64,000 bases of DNA, from NCBI RefSeq assembly GCF_006345805.1, contig NC_043001.1, positions 116,870,001-116,934,000 on the forward strand, given 5' to 3'. Shown here piece after piece: positions 54,114 through 64,000 of this stretch; position 1 is the first letter of the stretch; every line of letters starts with the position of its first letter. Made by a program: the position numbers and the translations under genes. Below the pieces are notes generated by a model. That model had not been told where the DNA came from, did not search any database, and was given only the letters and a program-made list of their open reading frames with translations. Source of the stretch: Octopus sinensis. Taxonomy: Eukaryota.

Positions 54114-54179
54114 GAAATATGTTCGTCACCTTGGCATGCCAGTCACCGATCTGGCAGGCCAAGGTAACAGACATATTTC
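54114..54179 (+). other. 66-nt hairpin (29-bp stem, 8-nt loop)
   Basis: GAAATATGTTCGTCACCTTGGCATGCCAG-tcaccgat-CTGGCAGGCCAAGGTAACAGACATATTTC; 26/29 paired including one G-U. Confidence 0.85.
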
Positions 54180-54369
54180 GGTAGTAACAACTCACTATTG
54201 TTAGTATTGTTATTATTGATCTTTAATATTTATTCCATGTTACTGTTGCTTTCCGTAACACATTGAATTGTCTTTTGTTTACATAAACTTAAACTTAGAT
54301 ATGTTTCGACCAAAGGTTGGTCCAGGCCATGTCTAACTTAATAGCACCACCTGATAGGATTATTCGAAT

Positions 54370-55795
54370 CCTGTTTAAGTCAAGTTTTGTTTAAGTCAAG
54401 TTTTGTTCAAGTAGTGAGTTCTTGTTGGGTGAGTTGTATCCAATTATGGGTGGCTTATCTGGTATTCTTTGAAGGAATCTATCCAGACTCTGTTTAAAGT
54501 TGATGGGATCCTTTTCCTCTTTGATCTCTCTCGGGACAATGTTAAATAGGGCAGGGCCTGTTGAGGAAAAGAAATTATGTTGCAGTGTACATGTATGCTG
54601 CGATCTTGAATTGGGCAGGGGACGTATGTCCCGTGGTCCAAGTCTTGGATGAACCTTGAAGCTAATGTTTAGGTCGTTTGGGCAAAGTTGGCGGTATATT
54701 TTCCACATCGTACAAATGATGTACCGCTCACGGCGACGCTGGAGGGAGTAAAGTTTCAAGGCTTTAAGGCGATCCCAATAATCGAGAGCAGCCATGCCTT
54801 CAATTCGTTTAGTGAGTGCCCTCTGGGGTGACTCAATTCTGGAGATGTTTTGTCTTGTGTGGAGGAGACCACAGTGGGCAGCAGTATTCAAGTGTGGCCG
54901 TACAAAGGAGGAAAAAAGTGGTATGATGACACCTTGTTCTCTGGACCGGAAAGTTCTTAAGATCCAGGAACTCATCCTACGAGCTATATCGACCTTCTTG
55001 TTGATGTGTGCACTCCAACTGAGATCGTCATCAACAATTACACCAGGTCTCTGATATTGTTAGAGGCTGTGAGCGGTTCCCCTGAAGGAAGAGAGTATGG
55101 CTGTTTTAGTGAGGAGTTTCTTCCAAAATGCATCAGCTCAAATTTCCCCTCGTTCAGTTGCATTTTGTTTCTGTCTGCCCATTGACTCACAGCATATAGA
55201 TCAGACTGGAGTTGAGTTCGGTCTGCTTCTCTTCATTGACGATTTGCTGGAGCTTAGTGTCATCAGCAAATATTTTCACTTTGCAGTAATGTACGACACT
55301 GGAAGGGTCGTTTATGTAGATTATGAAGAGTAGCGGACCCAAGACAGTCCCCTGGGGGACACCGCTGGTGACTTTTGCTGGGCTTGAGTGGACTCCATCA
55401 ACTACAAACATGTTTGTTTTCTATTCGCCAGGAAATACTTGATCCAGTGTAGAACTTTTCCACGGATTCCAACATTTTCCAATTTTGAGAGTAGGACATT
55501 ATGGTCTACCCTGTCGAACGCTTTACTGAAGTCAAGATATATGACATCAGAGTTCGAACCTGTTCCCAAGGCTTTGAGTACATCTTCAATGTGGTGTAAG
55601 AGCTGTGTTAGACAGTCCCTGCCACAGCGAAAGCCATGCTGATTTGCATTTAGGAGTTTCTGGGTCTCCAGGAAGTCAGCCATCCTTGATCTTAACACTC
55701 TTTCAAACACTTTGATGATGTGGGAGGTGAGTGAGATTGGGCGATAGTTGAGTGCGAGGGATTTCGCAATATTGGTTTCAAATTTTTGCACAAGG
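54370..55795 (-). mobile_element. CR1-group LINE RT, frameshifted, 5'-truncated
   Basis: LNYRPISLTS...DFSKAFDRVDH; SGVPQGTVLGPLLF...FADDTKL; LYSLQRRRERY; different subfamily from 16725-18610. Confidence 0.9.
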
Positions 55796-55814
55796 CCTGA
55801 TCTCTGAGGGGAGG

Positions 55815-56209
55815 AAACTAGTCGATTACATCAACTCCAGTGATTCACTGGTACTTTTTTTTATCGATCTCGGAGGGATGAAAGGCAAAGTCGACCTCGC
55901 TGGAATTTGAATTTAGAATGAACCAAAAAACAGACCAAATGCCCCTAAGCATTTTGCTTCACGCGATAACGATTCTTATTCTTTTATTGCCCACAAGGGG
56001 CTAAACATAGAGGGGACAAACAAGGACAGACAAAGGGATTAAGTCGATTACATTGACCCCAGTGCGTAACTGGTACTTAATTTATCGACCCCGGAAGGAT
56101 CAAAGGCAAAGTGGACCTCGGCGGAATTTGAACTCTGAACGTAAAGACAGACGAAATACCGCTGGGCATTTCGCCCGGCGTGCTAACGTTTCTGCCAGCT
56201 CACCGCCTT
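55815..56209 (-). mobile_element. SINE family A copy (55972-56209) abutting an older head-less copy (55815-55971)
   Basis: Junction AATAAGAATCGTTA. Confidence 0.85.
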
Positions 56210-56234
56210 CACACAGCAATATTGCAAGCAACTT

Positions 56235-56445
56235 AAGGTGGTGAGCTGGCAGAATCGTTAGCACGCCGGGAAAAGTGCTTAGCGGCAATCGTCCGTCTTT
56301 ACGTTCTGAGATCAAATTCCACCGAGGTCGACTTTGCTTTTCATCCTTTCGGAGTCGATAAAATAAGTACCAGCTGAACGCTAGGGTCGATGTAATCGAC
56401 TTACCCCCTCCCCCTAAATTGCTGGCTTTGTGCCAGTATTTGAAT
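56235..56445 (+). mobile_element. SINE family A, alternative tail
   Basis: TSD-like AATA(T/A)TGCAAGCAACT on both sides. Confidence 0.85.
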
Positions 56446-56755
56446 TCAATAATGCAAGCAACTAACAAAACTATTCTAATATTTTTTTTAATTAATCCAT
56501 AATTTATTGAGCATGTCATGGCATTTACGTTTTTATCATGAAATTGATTGGTAAAACCAATACTATTTTTATAAAAAAATGAAAAAATTCGTATATCTTA
56601 TTTATAAAATGATGTAATTTTCCCGCAAATTTGACAATAACGGGAAATCCTTTTGCCCCAAATAGGTCACTTAACTCTCATTTCCATGGCCTGTTTGGCT
56701 TTGTATCTTTGTTAGAAATCATTATTACATAGGTGTGTGTGTGTGTGTGTGTGTG

Positions 56756-56795
<40 letters not shown>

Positions 56796-57400
56796 GATAA
56801 ATAAGAATTTGGCTCCAGAGTCTTCGCTGAACGTCAAATAAGTCTGTCTGTGTGCTGTATTTCGGAGACAAGCTTGTTTTGACATGTAACGTTTTCTGAA
56901 TAGATTTCATTACTTTTACAATGAAATGGATGCCATACTTGCCAATGTAGATTATGAAATGTATGAATATATGTCATGAAAGCAATGAAAACAAAATAAA
57001 AGAAGATAACTCAGGAAGAACAAGTTTTAACAAATATATTACCTCAATGTTTAAAAGGAAAGGAAAGAGTCTTGAAGTTTATCCTGGCAGTTAAGAAAAC
57101 AGTTTAGCGTTTCCGACATCACCACAACCTGGAAATATATTTAATCTGTCCAGAAGAAAGTGTGTTTCTGACAAAAAGGATGACAGACAAAATGTAAGGT
57201 AAAAAAATGTACCACATATGAATGAAGAATAAAGAAAAGGATTAAAAGAAACCGTTGATACGTTGTTATATTTGTAACACTGACCCGAATTTGACTAAGG
57301 TCTCTACGCTTGCTAGTTTTAATATTTTGTCATGTGTTGATACTCTTCACTGGAAGAGTATCAACGGATAGAAAAATGGAGCTAGAAATCGAGCAGGGAT

Positions 57401-57633
57401 AAGGCGGCGAGCTGGCAGAAAGGTTAGCACGCCGGGCGAAATGCTTTGCGGTATTTCGTCTGCCGTTACGTTCTGAGTTCACATTCCACCGAGGTCGACT
57501 TTGCCTTTCATCCTTTCGGGGTCGATAAATTAAGTACCAGTTATGCACTGGGGTCGATGTAATCGACTTAATCCCTTTGCCTGTCTTTGTTTGTCCCCTC
57601 TATGTTTAGCCCCTTGTGGGCAATAAAGAAATA
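57401..57633 (+). mobile_element. SINE family A
   Basis: 17-bp TSD AGAAATCGAGCAGGGAT at 57384-57400 and 57634-57650. Confidence 0.92.
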
Positions 57634-57883
57634 AGAAATCGAGCAGGGATTCAGACAGAGTAGCTACATGAAAAATAAATTTGAAGGCGTAATACTGTTT
57701 TATCATCAAAACGGTGTTGTTACTATTACTATTGTTATTGTTTTGCCCAAGGTCAGTTCGTAACTAGCACACTTATGATCAAATGCATTCCAGCCATGAC
57801 AATCCCATCTTATTTTCATACATAGTAAATCTATGACATTATCGAACAGGCCTTTTTTTTTTATAAATGGTAAAGTATCGAGT

Positions 57884-58135
57884 GTGGAGGCGCGTGGCTT
57901 AGTGGTTAGGGTGTCAGCATCATGATCGTAAGCTTGTGGTTTCGATTCCTAGACCGGGCGACACGTTGTGTTCTTGAGCAAAACACTTCATTTCACGTTG
58001 TTCCAGTCCACTCAGCTGGCAAAAATGAGTAACGATGCGATGGACTGGCGTCTCGTCCAGCAGGGGAACACACGCCACAGAAACCGGGAAACTGGGCCCA
58101 CGAATCTGGCTAGGCTTTAAAAGGGCGCATTTATT
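57884..58135 (+). mobile_element. SINE with family-B head and a different body
   Basis: GTGGAGGCGCG...GTTTCGATTCC head, then GTGTTCTTGAGCAAAACACTT...GCGATGGACTGGCGTC. Confidence 0.8.
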
Positions 58136-58392
58136 TTTTAAAGTATTGAGTGAAGGTTGCTTGCTATTTCTAGCAGGCCGAGTAATTGCTGGGAGATTTG
58201 TTTTTGGATCCATGATAACACACGCTTTGTTTTAGTAGTTTGTTCTGTGCAGAACTAAGATTACACTTCAGATCAGATTTTAAAGAAATAGTTTCAAATT
58301 TTTGTACAACACAAGCGATTGTCGGGGAGGTGGGTAAGTTGATTACACCGTTCCGGTCCTCAACGTCGAATGTGGCGGTATGCGCAGAGATG

Positions 58393-58623
58393 GGCGGCGA
58401 GCTGGCAGAAACGTTAGCACGCCGGGCGAAATGCTTAGCGGTGTTTCGCCTGCCGCTACGTTCTGAGTTCACATTCCACCGAGGTCGACTTTGCCTTTCA
58501 TCCTTTCGAGGTCAATAAATTAAGTACCAGTTACGCACTGGGGTCGATGTAATCAACTTAATCCCTTTGTCTGTCCTTGTTTGTTCCCTCTGTGTTTAGC
58601 CCCTTGTGGGTAGTAAAGAAATA
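58393..58623 (+). mobile_element. SINE family A
   Basis: TSD GGTATGCGCAG at 58377-58387 and 58624-58634. Confidence 0.9.
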
Positions 58624-58792
58624 GGTATGCGCAGCTATCTAGCTTGATATCAATCCTGTGTAGGGTATTCTATTTTTCCATGAAATAGTTGTGGTATTTA
58701 AGACATGACGTTGCCAGAATTTGTAGAATGTAATAATTAGTTACGTCCGTTTAGCTTCTGAGTTCGAACCTCGTGAATGCTGGTTTTGCCTG

Positions 58793-59192
58793 TCTCTTTA
58801 CTCTTTTACTTGTTTCAGTCATTTGACTGTGGCCTTGCTGGAGCACCGCCTTTTAATCGAGCAAATCGACCCCGGGACTTATTCTTTGTAAGCCTAGTAC
58901 TTATTCTATCGGTCCCTTTTGCCGAACCGCTAAGTGACGGGGACGTAAACACACCAGCATCGGTTGTCAAGCAATGCTAAGGGGACAAACACAGACACAC
59001 AAGCATACACTCACACATTTATATATATATATACGACGGGCTTCTTTCAGTTTCCGTCTACCAAATCCACTCACAAGGCTTTGGTCGGCCCGAGGCTATA
59101 GTAGAAGACACTTGCCCAAGATACCACGCAGTGGGACTGAACCCGGAACCATGTGGTTGGTAAACAAGCTACTTACCACACAGCCACTCCTG
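58793..59192 (-). mobile_element. SINE family C
   Basis: Full-length match. Confidence 0.9.
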
Positions 59193-59489
59193 TCGTTAAT
59201 AATTTATAACAATGATTTTTTTTTTAACAAAGCCAGATATTTTAGGCTATGAATATCTGAGTAACTAAATTCCACTATTTTGTCCTGAGAAGGACTGAGG
59301 ACAAAAGTCGACTCCAAATATACTACCAAAATTGTATGAAGAATAATTGGTAAAATAAAAAAAGAAAGCATGTATCTTTTGAAGCACACGTAATTAGTAT
59401 CATCAGATGGAAAAAAGCTTTAGAAGCGGCAGATTTAAAAAAAAACTGCGAAGAATGGAGGAATATAGAGAAATAAGAAATATTGTCCA

Positions 59490-60290
59490 TGATTTATATA
59501 ATTATTTATTCAGCTCGATAAGGACTACTGTTGAGAAGTGAGGATGAAATCCAATAAGTTTGAATAAAGGAAACCTCTTCGAACTGGTTCAACTTTTAAA
59601 TATGACAGTGTCATCAATACCCTTCGACATACTGTAACAGTGTAGCTCATAAATAAACCACAAAACCCCACATGTTAATTCTCTCAAACTATATTCAGAA
59701 CGTCGCAATCAAGTCTATGGCTGCCTATATCAGAAAATCAATATCTATTGAAATTAAGATGGCAATAATACATTACTTTGTTATGAATAAAACTACAGAT
59801 GTTTTCTTGTAGTTTCTCTCTGCTTGTACTATGTCTCTGATAATGATATTAAAAAGATTTTTCGTTGAAATGCTCGAAGCAGAGCCTACAACTTGTGGAT
59901 ATTTGAAGGGAATGAGGGAATGACCCTCGTTTTATAAATAAATGGTATACAGATAAAAGGCTTGAAGTGGTCGGGGCTACGAGGAGATGCTAACATGAAT
60001 GGATCAGACAAAGGACTTCCATCAAAGATTGAACCCAAGTGTGAAAAAATAACTTTATTTACTGCTATGCACACCGAATGAACCTTGTGCTAGCAGAAAG
60101 TGAAAAACAAGCTGCTATTTCGCCTAATTTCTAGACGCAGTAGAAAAGTCATACAGTTTCATTTCTATGTCATGCTTCATTCACACAAAATAGTGACGCA
60201 GTTCTTTACAAGCAAAAAAACCAGCAAAAATAGAATATGGGTCGCAGACTCGGTTTGTCAAAAGCATACGTTTATATTCTGTGACTCTTA
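59490..60290 (+). mobile_element. Highly degenerate hAT transposase (ZMYM1-like) relic
   Basis: Frameshifted blocks: LLLRSEDE...NKGNLFEL; YIQNVAIK...EIKMA...KTTDV; GRGYE.DANMNG...KGL; YCYAHRMNLVL (hAT CxxH motif). Confidence 0.65.
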
Positions 60291-61004
60291 GTGGCGTACT
60301 ATCTCTAAGACTATATATAAAAAAATTTTAAATGCAAAAAACAAATTTTGATAAAATTAAATTAGGTTGAGAAAATACTTTTATCTCTGCAAGGTTAAAG
60401 AACCCTGCTGCTCGGTTAGAAATATATAAACAGTGTTTTAGCATTAAGTACTTCCTTTGATAAGTACAACACGTCAGTATTTTATCCAGTATGTTACCTG
60501 CTATATTATTCTTTAAACTCGATATAAGATCTATTGTATTAATTGCTTGTAGGGACATCGTATACTTCTGCCAAGTATATTAAAGGCTTATAAACCACTG
60601 CTATATCAACGTTGACTCAAATTTCTGTATGAAATTTGAAGAGATAACTTTAAAAAGTGAAGGATTATAGTCGCTATACGATTACGATAGTGGTCGTCGT
60701 TGGTGCCTCTAAGATCTTTTAAGTTATAGAACACACTGGTTCTCAACTGTGCCAATTAAAATAATGACTGGAAAAGGAAAAGGAAAGGGAAAAAATCTAA
60801 AGATGTGTTCTAAAAACCATAAAGTAATCAACAGATGATTTAAAAAATGACTAAGTTTATACTAAAAAATGAGGGAATTCCTTAAGACACTTGTTCCTAG
60901 AAAGAAACTGCTAGAGTTGAAGCACTTTTTACAAGAACAGCAACAATGAAAGGATAACAATTAGTAGAAAAACAAATCACTCAAGTTGTAATATTTAGAC
61001 AAGG

Positions 61005-61614
61005 GAAGGCGGCGAGCTGGCAGAAACGCCGAGCGAAATGCGTTGCCGTATTTCGTCTGCCGCTATGTTCTGAGTTCAAATTCCGCCGAGGTCGACTTTG
61101 CTTCTCATCCTTTCGGGGTCGATTAAATAAGTACCAGTTGTGCACTGGGGTCGATATATTCGACTTAATCCGTCTGTCTGTCCTTGTTTGTCTTCTCTGT
61201 GCTTAGCCCCTTGTGGGTAGTAAAGAAATAGGTATTTCGCCTGCCGTTACGTTCTAAATTCAAATTCCGCCGAGGTCGACTTTGCCATTCAACCTTTCTG
61301 GGTCGATTATATAAGTACCAGTTACGCACTGGGGTCGATGTAATCGACTTAATCCGTTTTTCTGTCCTTGTTTGTCCTCTCTGTGTTTAGCCCCTTGTGG
61401 GCAATAAAGAAATAAGAAATTTTAGCACATCGGGTGAAATACTTAGCGGTATTTCGTTTGTCTTTACGTTCTGAGTTCAAATTCCGCCGAGGTCAACTTT
61501 GTTTTTCATCCTTTAGGGGTCGATAAACCAAGTACCAGTTGCATACTGGGGTCGATCTAATCGACTGTCTCCCCTCTCCTAAAATTTCGGGCCTTGTGCC
61601 TAGAGTAGAAAAGA
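61005..61614 (+). mobile_element. Three-part SINE family A array inside one TSD
   Basis: 14-bp TSD ATATTTAGACAAGG at 60991-61004 and 61615-61628. Confidence 0.88.
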
Positions 61615-64000
61615 ATATTTAGACAAGGAACAAGAATAGAAAGTTTGATTGAATAAAACAACTATAGAAGTATTTATAGAATACAGATAATAATAGCAAT
61701 AAAATGGCGATGAGAGAAGCGCTGGAAGTTTAGCTGTCAAATCAATAATAAATAAAACTTGATAAGGAGGAAAGGAGCGTCAGTAGGGACTCCAGCCTAA
61801 GTATTACAACAGTATTACGTACAAGGGCGAATAAGAGAACTTATAAAGACAAAGAATACGTTTAGATTGTCGCTTGGGTGGTTGTTTTGTTGTCATCTGT
61901 GGTGATGACTGGTTGAGTTGGTGAATAAAAATATGTCTTGGGCTGAGTGAAGAAGTAACTGGGCAACACCCACGAACATTTAACAGATTTTATCATTGCA
62001 CATAGAATCAAACTGCGTTAGTATTTTACAAATAATAAAAGTAATACTTACATGCTGGAAGAGAAGGAAAAACTGCGCCGCGTTCGAAGAAGTTACTTAT
62101 GAGACATTATGTGAATGTTTAGTTCAGTCTGTCCAAGAACCTGAAGATGCGCAGATATCTGGAATTGTCTGATGTGGCAAGAATGGAGGCACATACTGCT
62201 CAGTTACCTCAACATTCAGCAATGAATTAACGCCAAAATCGGTTTTTTTATAGAGTTCAAGAAGATCCTGGAAGAATGAATCACGCGATGGCTAGACATT
62301 GATTGGTTGCTTGACAGACAGATCACGTGAAACTATTGGGGTTTCCCCGTGATGTGTGACCGCATATCCAAAGTTCCGGTCTCGAATCCCTGCTACAGCA
62401 GTTCATTTCCAGTTCATTACGGAATGTAATAAGGGAACGATAAGAAAATAAATTACATGAAAGAGAATTAGTGCAAGTAGTCTTGAGTAAAGTCTGAATT
62501 TTAAAACTAATTGGCAATATAGCAATCAAGGTAAAGATTGAAATACAAAGTATAAGAGAGCATGTAACAAAATGAAAGCAAATAAAATATTATCCATGTT
62601 CAGAGTTCATAAATGCAAAATTGTTTTGAAATGCGAAAAGCATGCAAATAGAGAAAATAACTCTTAGAAATAAAAGTTATGAGAACTGTATAATGTTTGT
62701 TTTCTGGTTGCGTAGGCTAAAGGAAACTGTAAGAGAGATGCTGGATGCGTTGAGACATTTAAACATATTCTATGTGCACGTGACCACGAGGTCTTACAGA
62801 AAAATGTGTCTGACTGGAAGCGAGGCACAGAAGAACGGTTTGATTGATTGATTGATTCTAGTTTCAGCTCACGAGCTGTGGCCATGCTGGGGCGTTCCTT
62901 CTGTGTGAAAATGTCTGGAGAATGTGACATACACGTCATTAGAAGAATGCACGCACATTATTGACATTAACAAGAAAAGTACAGCAAAAATTAAGAAGTT
63001 TGAAAGCACTGCAAACATTTGTGCAAACACCTGAAACGTAAATCATTGCAAGAGAACAATGAGTAGCATGAATGCATGAATGGTGTATAAGTGACCAGAA
63101 GTATGGAACGCGGTGTAATTTGCATGCGAGTGTGAGATAGACTACAAATGAAGTCTGCAAAAAAATCGTTAACTTGGGACGTGTCTGCTGCAAGGATATA
63201 AACGTGTTTGTGACCTAATGGCGTCTGCAAGAGAAGGTAAAATTTTTCTTCCATTTTAAAAATAGAAACGAAATGAAAAGTAAACAAAAATTATGTACGG
63301 AAAAAGTTCTTGAGAGTCTCTTTTGCGAAGTCATGTGTACGAAGCAGTTTGGTTGCAATTCAGGAACTTACCATTCTTGAAAAGAAATTAGTTGAAACCA
63401 CACAAATGAAAAGATACGAAAAGATTAAAAACTGGCCGTTAGAGCAAACTTAGAGAAATTCAAGATCAATTTCGCTCTGAAATTATATTTGTGAGTAGAA
63501 GCGAGTTTCCTCGGTGTTGAAGGGTAGGTTTGACTCCTATTTCGCGCAAAACAAAAAATGAGCCTGAGCTGACAGTGTTCCCAAAGTCATAGCTTGTAGA
63601 GGTAGGGGTTACAGTGTAGGCTACCTTGCAGAGGTAGGGGTGACAGTGGTATGAATTGTATGTGTGACGGCTTTTGCTCTTTTGATCTTTCTCGTCGTGG
63701 TGGTGGCCGTGGGTCACCAATGTCGCTTGAGCAGTCGAGTTCTTGTCAGTTGGTCTGTGGTGATGACTGGTTGAGTTGATGAATGAAAATATATACATTT
63801 TCAGGGGGGGGGGGGTCGCGTTAAGAAATAACTGAACAACACTCGCGAACATTTAGCGGAAGATTTTATTACACACAGATTCAAACAACATTGATATGGC
63901 AAAAGTCTGATATGGCAAAAGTGGAGGTACATACCGCTCAGCTGCCATAACATTCCGCAATAAATTAACGCCAAAAGAAATATTTTATAAAGTATAAAAC

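Noticed and set aside
59204-59389. Hydrophobic minus-strand ORF as a membrane-protein exon
   Set aside because: Short, AT-rich, no family motif or clear splice sites.
63466-63852. 128-aa ORF with LQHRGN as a retroelement endonuclease tail
   Set aside because: Only a few residues resemble the motif; overlaps a diverged non-coding repeat.

Overview
Repeat-saturated, AT-rich animal genomic DNA; the SINE families and extreme microsatellite density suggest an octopus or other coleoid cephalopod (inference). The only host coding sequence I can support is the first coding exon of an SLC5 sodium:solute symporter (46609-46983, +, GT donor at 46984); no further exon is evident in the 17 kb downstream. 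The rest is mostly mobile DNA: Penelope-like elements (PLEs), Gypsy-type LTRs (one with a 4-bp TSD, one with a tRNA-Trp-like PBS), CR1-group and RTE LINEs (one with an uninterrupted RT frame of about 620 codons), Helitron/Helentron pieces, a DD37D Tc1/mariner element, a TA-flanked MITE, a hAT relic and more than 25 tRNA-derived SINE copies. Most notable observations: (1) five dispersed minimal type I hammerhead ribozyme motifs, two with intact cores, one near-intact and two decayed, one of them downstream of a Pol III B-box and an (AAT)n tract; (2) a DUF6570/OTU-like Helentron with a head-to-tail non-autonomous partner; (3) a 34-bp minisatellite that matches an internal SINE segment; (4) a twin-priming-like inversion in a PLE; (5) a 66-nt pre-miRNA-like hairpin and an inverted SINE pair in the SLC5 intron; (6) repeated SINE-into-SINE insertion. 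Coordinates were read by eye and may be off by a few bases; no database searches were run.
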